Assembly: GCA_039922375.1 (NCBI GenBank)
Contig: JBDSAA010000211.1
Span: 25,305 to 89,304, forward strand
Direction of reading: 5' to 3'
From: Ferruginibacter sp.
GTDB taxonomy: Bacteria > Bacteroidota > Bacteroidia > Chitinophagales > Chitinophagaceae
Length of the DNA stretch: 64,000 nt
Below, piece by piece: positions 38,918 to 49,344 of the stretch. The position numbers and the translations under genes are program-made. The notes beneath the pieces are model-generated. The model saw only the letters and a list, made by a program, of their open reading frames with translations, was not told the DNA's origin and ran no database searches. Position 1 is the first letter of the stretch, and the number at the start of each line of letters is the position of its first letter.

Positions 38918-39060
38918 TACATAAAATTATTGTTCCGGCCAGGAAGCTCTGTGGATCTTCATTGGCGACGCTCCGTTCAACTTCATATTTTTGGGGAGCT
39001 ACGTTTTATAAATTATTTGGTCAGGCAAGATTTAATAGATGTTGGCGTTCGGGAAACCTT

Positions 39061-40092
39061 TTAAGTAAACAAAGTATTATCCATTCCCCTATTGTATGTT
39101 TTTCCCAAGTGAGCATACGCCTTTGCAGTTGCTTCTCTTCCCCTGGCGGTTCTTTGCAAAAAACCTTCCTGTATTAAAAACGGTTCGTACACTTCCTCCA
39201 GCGTACCTGCTTCTTCGCCTACTGCTGTAGCAATGGTAGTAATCCCAACTGGCCCACCTTTAAATTTATCTATAATCGCATTCAGTATGCGATTATCCAT
39301 TTCGTCGAGGCCATGTGCATCTACATTCAAAGCTTTCAGCGAATGCTGTGTAATGCCAATATCAATAGCGCCGTCATTTAACACCTGCGCAAAATCCCTA
39401 ACCCTTCTTAATAATCCGTTGGCAATACGGGGTGTACCGCGGCTACGCCGCGATATTTCATCAGCAGCTTCCGGTGTAATAGACGTATTGAGTATGGCAG
39501 CCGAGCGAAGAATGATCTTTTGAAGTGTAGCCGCATTGTAGTATTCCAATCTTGATTTGATGCCAAACCGGGACAACAAAGGTGCTGTTAATAATCCGCT
39601 TCGGGTAGTGGCCCCAATTAGTGTAAACGGATTAAGATTGATTTGTACACTTCTCGCATTGGGTCCGCTGTCGATCATAATATCAATTCGGTAATCTTCC
39701 ATTGCTGCATACAAATATTCTTCCACCACGTTACTCAGCCGGTGTATCTCATCAATAAATAGAACATCATTAGTTTCGAGGTTAGTCAGTAACCCTGCCA
39801 GGTCGCCCGGCTTCTCGATAACAGGGCCACTTGTTTCTTTTATCTTCACACCCAACTCATTGGCTACAATCCTGCTTAAGGTCGTTTTACCTAAGCCGGG
39901 TGGGCCATGAAATAAAATATGGTCCAACGCTTCTCCACGGATTTTAGCAGCTTTGATGAAGATCCGCAGATTTTCTATCGTTTGTGGCTGCCCCGAAAAA
40001 TCAGCCATCTCGCTCGGCCTGATATTATTCTCAAACTCCCTTTCCACCGCATTCAGCGATTCTCCGTCCGTATTTAAATTTGGATTTGCCAT
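39061..40092 (-). CDS. ruvB: Holliday junction branch migration DNA helicase RuvB
   Basis: GPPGLGKTT Walker [20 protein letters not shown]-terminal motif. Confidence 0.95.
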   Translation of the reverse strand: MANPNLNTDGESLNAVEREFENNIRPSEMADFSGQPQTIENLRIFIKAAKIRGEALDHILFHGPPGLGKTTLSRIVANELGVKIKETSGPVIEKPGDLAGLLTNLETNDVLFIDEIHRLSNVVEEYLYAAMEDYRIDIMIDSGPNARSVQINLNPFTLIGATTRSGLLTAPLLSRFGIKSRLEYYNAATLQKIILRSAAILNTSITPEAADEISRRSRGTPRIANGLLRRVRDFAQVLNDGAIDIGITQHSLKALNVDAHGLDEMDNRILNAIIDKFKGGPVGITTIATAVGEEAGTLEEVYEPFLIQEGFLQRTARGREATAKAYAHLGKTYNRGMDNTLFT

Positions 40093-40399
40093 GTTGTAAA
40101 ATTAACAAATAACCATCTAGCCGACATCAATTTTATGACTGCAAAATAAATGCCCTCGTTTTCACAAAATTCATTCAAAACCAAGCCCAAATTAAAATTG
40201 ATAAAAAGCAGCCGCTATAATTATGGCACCTTGAGGCACCGCAGAATTTCTGTAAGAAAAGCTCAAACTCATATCAAACTTCACATCACCATTTGTTACA
40301 ATTACCTCGTTGAACCATTAAAAAACCGTTACCAATGAACCTCTTAAACCCACATTTCACCATTAATAAAATGGAACCTTTATTCACCATACCAATTCG

Positions 40400-40407
40400 T
40401 AGATTTG
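40400..40407 (+). promoter_or_regulatory. Bacteroidetes -7 box TAgaTTTG for the LytS-type kinase
   Basis: Exact TAnnTTTG match, 7 nt upstream of the ATG at 40415 (near-leaderless). Confidence 0.5.
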
Positions 40408-40414
40408 TCTTTAT

Positions 40415-41464
40415 ATGAAAATAAGCTTGTCTAAATACTGGATTTGTCAGTTGGCTGGATGGGGTGCCAATTTTGCGATATCAGTTTTTTATTATTTAAA
40501 CCTGTCCATTCGTAAGATCGACAACTTTTATATTCTCATTACTATTAGTGTGGTGCTGGGGGTTTTGTTTACGCATATCATGCGGATGATCATCAAAGAA
40601 TATCAGTTCCTCAATAAGCCCATCACCAAACAGATCCTTTATTTTGTTATTGTAACCATCATATTTGCCATTCTGTATGCCTGTGCAGATGTCGGCCTCG
40701 AGAAAATATTTAACCTGCGGGATAAGGGAGCGCCAAAAATTTCTGTACTAAATGAAATCACCCGGAACTCTATCAATAATTTCTTCCTTCTCTTTATTTG
40801 GAACCTTTTATACTACACTTTTCATTATGTAGAACGCACCCGGCGCCAGGAGGTTGATACCTTAAAATTGCAATCCCTTGTAAAAGAGCTGGAATTAAAA
40901 ACGATCAAGTCGCATATCAATCCTCATTTTATTTTTAATGCATTGAATAGCATACGGGCTCTGGTGGACGAAAATCCGTCGAGAGCCAGAACTGCCATAA
41001 CTGAATTAAGCAATATTTTGCGCAGCAGCATGCAAACTGAAAAAATGGAAACAGTTCCCCTTGAAAGTGAGCTGAATATTGTGAAGGATTACCTGGCACT
41101 GGAAAAAATGCGCTTTGAAGAAAGATTAAATATAGAAATGATCATCGACGAAGACACGCTCTCACAACCTGTGCCGCCGATGATGCTACAAACACTGGTA
41201 GAAAATGCGATCAAACATGGTATTAGTAAAAAAATAGATGGGGGAACTATTAGGGTTAGTTCGGATTTCGTAGAAAATCACCATGAATTGGTTGTGCAAA
41301 ACTCTGGTCAATTAGGTCTGTATATTAATGAAAACGGATTTGGAGTGAGGAGTACTCAGGACAGGTTAAACCTGCTTTACCAGGGAAAGGCAACTTTCGC
41401 CATCAAAAATCTTGATGACGACATGGTGGAGTCTAGAATAACAATGCCCCTTGTTGCCGTTTAA
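40415..41464 (+). CDS. LytS/YehU-type sensor histidine kinase
   Basis: Four N-terminal TM helices, His_kinase motif SHINPHFIFNALNSI, and HATPase N-box LVENAIKHG. Confidence 0.85.
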   Translation: MKISLSKYWICQLAGWGANFAISVFYYLNLSIRKIDNFYILITISVVLGVLFTHIMRMIIKEYQFLNKPITKQILYFVIVTIIFAILYACADVGLEKIFNLRDKGAPKISVLNEITRNSINNFFLLFIWNLLYYTFHYVERTRRQEVDTLKLQSLVKELELKTIKSHINPHFIFNALNSIRALVDENPSRARTAITELSNILRSSMQTEKMETVPLESELNIVKDYLALEKMRFEERLNIEMIIDEDTLSQPVPPMMLQTLVENAIKHGISKKIDGGTIRVSSDFVENHHELVVQNSGQLGLYINENGFGVRSTQDRLNLLYQGKATFAIKNLDDDMVESRITMPLVAV

Positions 41465-41532
41465 GCCATAATTATTAATTTCGATTATCCACAAATGACA
41501 GTTGCGATTACACAAACCAATAAAATTCTTTT

Positions 41533-42261
41533 ATGCATAAAGCAATTATTATCGACGATGAGCGGTTAGCCAGGAACGAGTTAAAAAAGCTTTTACTTGA
41601 CTTTCCGGATGTGGAAGTAATAGATGAAGCGGCAAATGCTACCGAAGGCATTGAGAAAATTGATGCATTAAACCCGGACCTTATATTTTTAGATATACAA
41701 ATGCCGGGTAAAACGGGGTTTTCCATGCTACAGGAACTAGATAAAGCGCCACATGTAATTTTTACCACGGCTTATGATGAGTATGCGTTAAAAGCGTTTG
41801 AAGTAAATGCATTGGATTATTTAATGAAGCCCATAGAGCCTAAGCGGTTGGCAGACGCATTACAGAAGTTACAGCAGGCAGAAGAGAAGGAATTGGCTGC
41901 CCAGCAGGCGTTTAATCGCGGACTGCTAACAGAGAAAGACCAGGTATTTGTAAAAGATGGGGAACGCTGCTGGTTTGTAAAACTCTCCGAAGTAAGGCTA
42001 TTTGAAAGCGTTGGCAACTATGCAAAAGTATTTTTTGCCGGAAACAAACCCTTGATACTAAAATCGCTCAATGCACTTGAAGAACGCCTCGACGAAAAAA
42101 CGTTTTTCCGGGCAAACCGCAAGCACATAGTAAACATGCGCATGATTGAAAAAATTGAACCTTATTTCAACGGTGGTTTATTACTTGATTTGCAGGGTGG
42201 AGAAAAGGTGGAAGTGAGCAGGCGCCAGGCAGTCAAATTTAAAGAGATGATGAGTTTGTAA
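41533..42261 (+). CDS. LytTR-family response regulator
   Basis: Receiver (IIIDDE, FLDIQMPG, KPI) plus a LytTR DNA-binding C-terminus. Confidence 0.9.
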   Translation: MHKAIIIDDERLARNELKKLLLDFPDVEVIDEAANATEGIEKIDALNPDLIFLDIQMPGKTGFSMLQELDKAPHVIFTTAYDEYALKAFEVNALDYLMKPIEPKRLADALQKLQQAEEKELAAQQAFNRGLLTEKDQVFVKDGERCWFVKLSEVRLFESVGNYAKVFFAGNKPLILKSLNALEERLDEKTFFRANRKHIVNMRMIEKIEPYFNGGLLLDLQGGEKVEVSRRQAVKFKEMMSL

Positions 42262-42386
42262 ATTCGGAAATTGCTAATAAAAATCTTCTATTAGTAGCAA
42301 CGACCTGATTAATCACTCGAAATCAATATTTGAACAACGGGTTCATAAACTAAAATTCAACAAGTTTACTTTGCGCTATTGAATTA

Positions 42387-43145
42387 TTACACTTTAACCG
42401 GTACACTATGTACCGCAGCCGCCATTTCTTTTATTAAAGAGGCATCTTTTTCAATGGCATTTCCTACTACTATTACGTCAGCGCCGGCTTTGCAATTGAG
42501 GTAGGCTTTTTCCGGTTCTACTATTCCGCCACCGATTATTAGTGGTACAGTTATCGATTTAGCTACTTTTTCTATCATGCTTTCGGTAATGGCACGTTTG
42601 GCTCCACTACCGGCATCCATATATATTAATTTCATTCCCAACATTTCGCCGGCCATAGCGGTACACATGGCGATCTCATTTTTATCAGCAGGCAATGGGC
42701 TCGCATTTGAGATGTAAGAAACCGTTGTGGGTGCTCCGCCATCCACTACCATATAGCCAGTCGGCATTATTTCTAATCCGCTCTGTTTAACAAATGGCGC
42801 TGATACTACATGCTGGCCAATCAATAATTCAGCATTGCGACCGCTGATCAATGATAAATATAGCAGCGCATCGGCGTATTTGCTTACTTGTGAGGGACTT
42901 CCAGGGAAAAGAAGGGTGGGAATTGAGCAGCTTTTTTTGATTAGCTGAAGGCACTCATCCAAATAATTAGAGATGACCAGACTACCACCTACCAAAAAAT
43001 AATCCACTTTGGCCGATACGGAAAGATCGATAAGAAGCCCGATGTTACTATCATTCACCTTGTCGGGATCAATTAGTACTGCAAATGATTTCTTGCCTGA
43101 ACGTTTTCTTTCTGTTAATGAATGATATATACCTGTAAGCATCAC
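42387..43145 (-). CDS. Geranylgeranylglyceryl / heptaprenylglyceryl phosphate synthase (PcrB family)
   Basis: TIM-barrel PcrB/GGGPS pattern: LIDPDK, FLVGGS, YMDAGSGA, IIGGGI. Confidence 0.8.
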   Translation of the reverse strand: MMLTGIYHSLTERKRSGKKSFAVLIDPDKVNDSNIGLLIDLSVSAKVDYFLVGGSLVISNYLDECLQLIKKSCSIPTLLFPGSPSQVSKYADALLYLSLISGRNAELLIGQHVVSAPFVKQSGLEIMPTGYMVVDGGAPTTVSYISNASPLPADKNEIAMCTAMAGEMLGMKLIYMDAGSGAKRAITESMIEKVAKSITVPLIIGGGIVEPEKAYLNCKAGADVIVVGNAIEKDASLIKEMAAAVHSVPVKV

Positions 43146-43210
43146 TATGGGTTGATTAGTTGCAAAAATCCTTTTTTTTTTGCTCTTATTAAAATAAAGA
43201 TACCAAATGA

Positions 43211-43648
43211 ATGGCTTTCGTAACCATCAAATACGCAAATAAAGTAAATTTGAGTATGAATGTGGAGGCGGAAATAAAATTTAAAACAGCACGGAGTGGT
43301 GGCAAAGGAGGACAAAATGTAAATAAAGTGGAGACAATGGTAGAAGGATATTGGGATATTGCCTCCTCTTTACTGTTGAGCGAAACGCAAAAAGCACTGA
43401 TTACAGAAAAACTAACCAATAAAATTACAGCACAAGGCTACCTGCTAATAAAAAGCCAGACTGAACGCACCCAATTGGGAAATAAGGAGGAGGTGATTAA
43501 AAAAATGAACTTACTAGTTACCCTGGCTTTGATAGTGCAAAAAAAAAGAAAGCCAACCAAACCGGGTAAAGCTGCAAGAGAAAAAAGAATTGAAGCAAAA
43601 AAGAAAATGGGTGTAATAAAGCAAACACGCATGAAAATAAAACAATGA
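43211..43648 (+). CDS. arfB: Alternative ribosome-rescue peptidyl-tRNA hydrolase ArfB
   Basis: RSGGKGGQNVNKVET GGQ motif and a basic C-terminal tail, about 140 aa. Confidence 0.85.
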   Translation: MAFVTIKYANKVNLSMNVEAEIKFKTARSGGKGGQNVNKVETMVEGYWDIASSLLLSETQKALITEKLTNKITAQGYLLIKSQTERTQLGNKEEVIKKMNLLVTLALIVQKKRKPTKPGKAAREKRIEAKKKMGVIKQTRMKIKQ

Positions 43649-43651
43649 TTT

Positions 43652-44419
43652 ATGATACGCTCTTCTAACTTTTTTTTATCAGTTTGTTCGGCCATCTTAT
43701 TATTAAGTAGCTGTGTAGGAAAGGCACCCCTTTATATAAAAGGGAAGGTAAAACTCACGTTTCGCAATATGGTCAGTGGCAGTCCGATGGCATTAAATAC
43801 ATCCGTTTACACCAATCCCTTTGCGGAAACTTACACCATTTCAAAATTTAAGTATTATATCAGTAATGTAAAATTGGGTTTAAGTGGCGTACCCACCACT
43901 GCAACTGATAAAGATGGCTACCATTTGGTAGATCAAAGTTTGCCGGAAAGCCTGAGCTTTAGTTTCGAAGCCGACGAAGGATCATTCGTAACCCTTAGCT
44001 TTTTAATAGGAGTGGATAGTATCAGAAATGTAAGCGGAGCACAAACAGGCGCCTTGGATCCCTTAAAAGATATGTTTTGGACATGGAATAGTGGGTATAT
44101 TATGGCAAAGATGGAAGGCACTTCTCCGCAATCGAACCAGGCGGGCAACAAAATAGAATACCATATAGGGGGTTTTTCAGGAGCTAATAATGCACTTAGA
44201 TATGTGTCGTCCATTTATCCGAATGGCAAAACAGTGGCAATAAGGAGTGGGCAAACCAGTGAAATAATTCTAGAGGCAGATTTTAATAAATGGTGGCAGA
44301 CGCCAAACGACATAAAAATTAAAGACTTGCCTGTATGTACTACTCCCGGAGTGCTTGCAATAAAGGTAGCGGATAATTACAGCGATATGTTTAGAATTGT
44401 TGATGTCGTGAATCACTAA
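43652..44419 (+). CDS. MbnP-like lipoprotein (putative copper-binding partner of the adjacent di-haem peroxidase)
   Basis: Lipobox LLSSC, about 250 aa. The call rests mainly on tight pairing (6-nt gap) with a MbnH/MauG-like di-haem enzyme. Confidence 0.55.
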   Translation: MIRSSNFFLSVCSAILLLSSCVGKAPLYIKGKVKLTFRNMVSGSPMALNTSVYTNPFAETYTISKFKYYISNVKLGLSGVPTTATDKDGYHLVDQSLPESLSFSFEADEGSFVTLSFLIGVDSIRNVSGAQTGALDPLKDMFWTWNSGYIMAKMEGTSPQSNQAGNKIEYHIGGFSGANNALRYVSSIYPNGKTVAIRSGQTSEIILEADFNKWWQTPNDIKIKDLPVCTTPGVLAIKVADNYSDMFRIVDVVNH

Positions 44420-44425
44420 AAAAAT

Positions 44426-45487
44426 ATGAAATTTAAAATATTCATATCATTAATTATCTTTCTCAGCGCTACGGTATTCTTTTTAGACTCATGTAAAAAA
44501 GGCGATATAATAAAGAACGATACTGGTTATCATCCAGTCTCTTTAAAATTTTCAGTGCCTGCCGGTTGGCCGCAGCCACCTACTGATATTTTTAAATCCA
44601 ATCCGTTAACGGAGGAAGGTTTTCAATTAGGTAGAAAATTATTTTACGATGGAAGGTTGAGTAAGGATGGTAATTTTCCCTGTGCCAGTTGCCACCAGCA
44701 ATTTGCTGCATTTGCTACATACGACCATCAGTTCAGTCATGGTTCCGATAATACGTTTGGCACCCGCAATGCACCGGCCCTTTTTAATTTAGCATGGATG
44801 AAAGAAATGCATTGGGATGGAGGCATTAAACATATTGAATTGCAACCGCTGGCGCCTATCACCAATATCAATGAGATGGCGGAGACGATTGATAATGTGC
44901 TAAAGAAACTAAACATCGACAGTTCTTACAAGAGGATGTTCAAAGCGGCCTTTGGAGACAATACCATTACCAGCCAGCAAATGCTGAAAGCTTTGGCACA
45001 ATTTACAGGAAGCATACAATCTTACAACAGTAAATATGACCAGGTAAAACGCGGCAAGGCAAGCTTTACCGTAGCCGAGTTGAACGGATACAACGCCTTC
45101 AAATCAAAATGCAATACATGCCATACTGAGCCCTTGTTTACTGATAATTCTTTTCGTAACAATGGCCTTACACTTGACGCGTTTTTACAAGATAAGGGGC
45201 GAATGGGCATTACAGGGGATCGCAATGATTCCCTAAAATTTAAAGTGCCGGGTTTAAGAAACGTGTCGCTTACCTTCCCTTATATGCATGATGGCAGGCG
45301 CTTTTCTCTTTCCCAGGTAATAGAGCATTACCGTTCGGGAATTGAAATAAACCAACCCACACTTGATCCGCTGTTAAAAAACAGGATTGCTATTACCAAC
45401 CAGCAAAAAATCGATCTGATCGAATTTTTAAATGCCCTTACAGATCAGGTATTGTTACAGGATAAAAGATTTGCACAACCTTTCTAA
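44426..45487 (+). CDS. Di-haem cytochrome c peroxidase family protein (MbnH/MauG-like)
   Basis: Two CxxCH motifs (CASCHQ, CNTCHT) and the PSLRNV-like PGLRNV, with a typical CCP length. Confidence 0.85.
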   Translation: MKFKIFISLIIFLSATVFFLDSCKKGDIIKNDTGYHPVSLKFSVPAGWPQPPTDIFKSNPLTEEGFQLGRKLFYDGRLSKDGNFPCASCHQQFAAFATYDHQFSHGSDNTFGTRNAPALFNLAWMKEMHWDGGIKHIELQPLAPITNINEMAETIDNVLKKLNIDSSYKRMFKAAFGDNTITSQQMLKALAQFTGSIQSYNSKYDQVKRGKASFTVAELNGYNAFKSKCNTCHTEPLFTDNSFRNNGLTLDAFLQDKGRMGITGDRNDSLKFKVPGLRNVSLTFPYMHDGRRFSLSQVIEHYRSGIEINQPTLDPLLKNRIAITNQQKIDLIEFLNALTDQVLLQDKRFAQPF

Positions 45488-45812
45488 AATATTCTGTAGC
45501 CTTCAACCAGCTATACAAAAACCAGCCAAAAGAAATAAGAGCAGGTACGCCCAATAACGAAGGAAGGTATTTTTTAATCTGGGGCATCTGTAAGCCATCG
45601 TTAATATACCATCTATCTGCGAAAACATTGTTCAATGCAAATGAGCATAATGCCAACAGCCAAATAAGCCACATTACCGGAAAAAGCTTACCTGCTTCAA
45701 TCATTTTTTGGTTACAGGAAAGAATAGTATACTCTGCAGGAAAGAAAAAAATTAACAGTAACATAGCAAGGGATACCACGCTCAAATAGAGGGAATAATT
45801 CCAATATTTCAT
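45438..45812 (-). CDS. Hypothetical membrane protein (3 predicted TM helices)
   Basis: ORF with three clear hydrophobic helices. Its 3' end overlaps the convergent peroxidase gene by 50 nt, which lowers confidence. Confidence 0.4.
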   Translation of the reverse strand: MKYWNYSLYLSVVSLAMLLLIFFFPAEYTILSCNQKMIEAGKLFPVMWLIWLLALCSFALNNVFADRWYINDGLQMPQIKKYLPSLLGVPALISFGWFLYSWLKATEYFRKVVQIFYPVTIPDL

Positions 45813-46148
45813 TAGGCTTAGGATTAACCGTTTATGTAAATCAATAGGGTCAACGTATAAACGAATGAAGGCCTGGTTTAGTATTTTCGCTTACACTTTC
45901 CCGTTAATATATTTTTCCAATACGTACTTTTCCTCTTATTACCGGTGTAATCTCGACTCGGCTCCCTTTTTATTATTTTACATGCCGACATATTAATTGA
46001 ATTTTATGGATCAAGGTTTAATCCTTTTTATTGATGATCACTTCATTTTTTATTGGCTGCTGTTAAAAAACGTTTATAAAAATATTGGCGTTAAAAGGAC
46101 GGCCATATTAAAAATTATACAAGTAATTTTACGGCTAAATATTTTTAA

Positions 46149-47663
46149 TTGAGCAGTATTAAAAAATTAGCAGGGCAAACTTTATGGTACGGATTACCCA
46201 CTATTGCAAGCCGGTTTTTAGGATATTTAATGAATATGGCCTTGCCTTTTTTTATAGCCTTGCCAGAAAAAACAGCCGACCTCGTCCAGGTTTATACGAT
46301 CATTCCTTTTTTAAATGTGCTGTTTGCCTACGGCATGGAAACCGCCTATTTCCGGTTCTCTCAAACCCATGACAAGGATAAATTGTACAGCACCCTTTCT
46401 ATCTCACTTTTTTTTAGCAGTATAGTTTTTACGCTATTATTGTTGCTATGCAAGGATGGTATTATTGGCGCCGCTGACCTTACTAACCATCCCGAATATG
46501 TGTTGTGGATGATTGCTATCATCGCAGTTGATAATTTGAACACATTACCCTTTGCAAAATTGCGGCAGGAGAACAGGCCTAAACGTTATGCATTTGCCCG
46601 TATTGCGGGCATTGTAGTTAATCTAAGCGTGGTGATTTTTTTCTTAGGTGTGGCTCCGGACATTGTTAAAAACAATCCTCACAGCGTATTAAACTTCATT
46701 TACAATAAAGATGTTGGGCTGGGTTATTATCTGTTGGGAAACTTATGTGGAAGCCTGTTTACCCTCTTCTTGCTTTCAAAAGAAATAAGGCAGATAAAAC
46801 TGAGCTTTGATACAGTGTTGTGGAAAGAGGTGATGCATTACAGTGCACCGTTAATTATTGTAGGATTAGGCGGTATGGTGAACGATGTACTGAGCAGGCT
46901 GATCTATCGCCATGTAGTGGACCTACCCCGGCAACAGGCCGATCATGAGCTAGGCATATTCGCAAATATTTTTCGCATTGCATTATTGATAACTATTTTA
47001 ATCCAGGCATTCCGGATGGCCGCCGAGCCTTTTTTCTTTAACAAGAGTAAAGACAAAAATGCGCAAATTACCTATGCAAGGGTTATGAAGTTTTTTGTGA
47101 TCGCTTGTTGCTTTATGTTTTTATTAATTGGTTTATACCTGGATGTTTTTAAATGGATATTTACAACATTCGCTAATCCACGGTGGGCCGAAGGTATACA
47201 GGTTGTGCCATTGCTGGCACTTGGCAATATTTTCCTGGGCATCTATTATAATCTCAGTGTTTGGTATAAGCTTACCAATAAAAATAGCTACGGGGCCGTG
47301 ATTACCGTTATTGGGGCGGTCATTACCATTGTTCTCAATATTGTGCTTATCCCAAAGCTACATTATACCGGCGCTGCTATTGCCACCTTTACCTGTTATT
47401 TATTTATGATGATAAGCAGTTATAAACTTGGGCAAAAACATTACCCTGTTCCCTATCCCGTAAAAAAACTCACTTCATACATGGTACTGGTTACTCTGAT
47501 TTATCTCGTTCATTTAGGGATCAATAAAATTTACCCAGGCCATCTTTGGTATTCGCTTACTACAGCTACTTTGTTGTTTGGATTTTTTGCATGGTTTGTA
47601 ACAAAAATAGAAGCAAAGGAACTCGCCAAAATCTCATTTTTTGTAAAATTTTTTAAAAAATAG
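46149..47663 (+). CDS. Polysaccharide/oligosaccharide flippase (Wzx/MOP superfamily)
   Basis: About 500 aa, 12-14 TM helices, N-terminal LAGQTLWYGLPTIASRFLGYL typical of MOP flippases. TTG start. Confidence 0.7.
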   Translation: MSSIKKLAGQTLWYGLPTIASRFLGYLMNMALPFFIALPEKTADLVQVYTIIPFLNVLFAYGMETAYFRFSQTHDKDKLYSTLSISLFFSSIVFTLLLLLCKDGIIGAADLTNHPEYVLWMIAIIAVDNLNTLPFAKLRQENRPKRYAFARIAGIVVNLSVVIFFLGVAPDIVKNNPHSVLNFIYNKDVGLGYYLLGNLCGSLFTLFLLSKEIRQIKLSFDTVLWKEVMHYSAPLIIVGLGGMVNDVLSRLIYRHVVDLPRQQADHELGIFANIFRIALLITILIQAFRMAAEPFFFNKSKDKNAQITYARVMKFFVIACCFMFLLIGLYLDVFKWIFTTFANPRWAEGIQVVPLLALGNIFLGIYYNLSVWYKLTNKNSYGAVITVIGAVITIVLNIVLIPKLHYTGAAIATFTCYLFMMISSYKLGQKHYPVPYPVKKLTSYMVLVTLIYLVHLGINKIYPGHLWYSLTTATLLFGFFAWFVTKIEAKELAKISFFVKFFKK

Positions 47664-47810
47664 CACAGCTTACTTTTTAAACAAATTGTTCGGCAATCAA
47701 TTTATAAAAACGACTACATCCGTTTTTCTTTATCAATTGAAGTATGTTGGTGTTTGACGTCCAGAGGATGAAAACGCGGTTATCAAAATATAAATATTTT
47801 ATCTTCAACC

Positions 47811-48827
47811 ATGCGTAAGTTGCTCAACAAAATATTCAGGCCATTATTTGTTCGGTTGGCTGACCGGTATGCCTCTGCGCCAAAGCGGGAAGAAGTATTT
47901 AAATCCTTGACCTCTTTATTAAAAAGTATTAATGAACCAAAAGACAAGCGGGGCATTGTGCTTGATATAAATATTGCCACCGATCGTTTTATTATTTTTA
48001 GCGATCAGCATAAGGGCAATAAAAGTCGCGGCGATGATTTTGAAAACAACGAACCTAATTATATCGCAGCACTCAACTATTATCATGCACAATCTTACAA
48101 CTACATTAATTTAGGCGATGCCGAAGAACTATGGAAATATAAGGTTAACCAGGTGATTCCAATGTATAAGGAGGCATTGCAGGCAGAAGCAAAATTCCAG
48201 TCGGTGAACAAATACTACCGCACATTTGGCAATCATGATCTGCTTTGGAAAAATCAATTAGATGTGAACCTTTACCTTAAACCAATTTTTCCGCTGCCCC
48301 TACCCGTGTACGAAGGGTTGGTTCTGCGGACGGTTGTGAATGAGATTCCCATTCAAGTCTTTTTAACGCACGGCCACCAGGGCGACAAGATGAGCGATAA
48401 CAATGCATTGAGCACCTGGCTGGTGGCACATATTTGGGCACCCATACAGCGCTACCTTGGGATCAATTTAAACACGCCTGCTAATGACTTTTATTTGCGG
48501 GATAAACACAACAGGTTAATGTATGAATGGAGCCGCCGTCGAAAAAATATTATTCTCATTACAGGCCATACGCATAAGCCGGTGTTCGCCTCCGGCAAGT
48601 ATACTCCGGCGGTTTCAAATACTATTAATGTAGAAGACACCCCTGCCAATATACAACCCGCTTACTTCAATTCGGGATGCTGTTGTTACAACGATGGCGA
48701 TATTACCGGTATAGAAATAGCAGATGGCTATATCCGTCTTATCAAATGGAAAATGGTTGACAATGTTTCTCAACGGCATGTATTGGAAGAAAAGGAATTA
48801 GGGAAATTGATACAGGATTTTAATTAG
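47811..48827 (+). CDS. Calcineurin-like metallophosphoesterase
   Basis: Ordered motifs SDQHKG, GDAEELW, GNHD, THGHQGD, GHTH. Confidence 0.8.
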   Translation: MRKLLNKIFRPLFVRLADRYASAPKREEVFKSLTSLLKSINEPKDKRGIVLDINIATDRFIIFSDQHKGNKSRGDDFENNEPNYIAALNYYHAQSYNYINLGDAEELWKYKVNQVIPMYKEALQAEAKFQSVNKYYRTFGNHDLLWKNQLDVNLYLKPIFPLPLPVYEGLVLRTVVNEIPIQVFLTHGHQGDKMSDNNALSTWLVAHIWAPIQRYLGINLNTPANDFYLRDKHNRLMYEWSRRRKNIILITGHTHKPVFASGKYTPAVSNTINVEDTPANIQPAYFNSGCCCYNDGDITGIEIADGYIRLIKWKMVDNVSQRHVLEEKELGKLIQDFN

Positions 48828-48872
48828 GCTGATTAATTTGCTACAGAGTAGTTATGCTTCTAAGCCTCCCCC

Positions 48873-48919
48873 TAAAAAAAAGAACTTCCACAGCTATTGG
48901 ATTGATAGCGTGTGGAAGT
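48873..48919 (-). terminator. Intrinsic terminator of unit A
   Basis: Minus strand reads ACTTCCACACGCTAT caatcca ATAGCTGTGGAAGT tc TTTTTTTT. Confidence 0.8.
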
Positions 48920-49026
48920 ACAATCTAAAACCGTTTTACGGATTTTATGGGATCATCAAAATCTTTGAGGGGTTACCTCCCAGAAAAAACTACCAAATAA
49001 TTTATTCCTGGTTTCAGTGTGTCCGG

Positions 49027-49310
49027 TCTTTTCGATGTCTCACGACATAGCTTTAGGATATTGGATGCGTTTGGTTTTTGGGTCATCATCGCTTTTTACG
49101 GCATAGTCCCGTGATTGGATTTTTTAGTTTTCTGTAGGTTTAGGATTCAGGTTTTTGAGTCATCATCGCTTTTAACAGCATAGTCTCCGGATATTGTTTT
49201 TTAGTCTTCAGTAGGATTTAAGATCTTGGTTTCGAGTCATTATCACTTTTTACAGCATAGTCTCAGAATATTCAATTTAGCAGGTCTTTTTTAGGATTTA
49301 ATTTCTAAAG
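49027..49310 (-). repeat. Tandem repeat array of unit A (4 copies; starts near 49033, 49080, 49157 and 49234; period 77 nt for the full copies)
   Basis: Plus-strand core g(a/g)gtcatcatcgctttttac(a/g)gcatagtc recurs. The copy nearest the terminator and the copy nearest the promoter are degenerate. Confidence 0.85.
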
Positions 49311-49344
49311 AAATTGTCTGTTGTTATTCATTCAACTTCTGATA

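Larger units (their letters stand above)
48873..49340 (-). ncRNA. Tandem-hairpin-repeat transcription unit A (candidate novel ncRNA, about 0.47 kb)
   Basis: The minus-strand promoter (49345-49380) and minus-strand intrinsic terminator (48873-48919) enclose 4 tandem repeats and a 3' domain shared with unit B. There is no conserved ORF. Confidence 0.6.

Noticed and set aside
48838-49050. Listed 70-aa plus-strand ORF after the metallophosphoesterase gene.
   Set aside because: It runs through the unit A terminator hairpin and 3' domain. The equivalent region of unit B has no such ORF, it has a TTG start with no promoter box, and it is best explained as chance.
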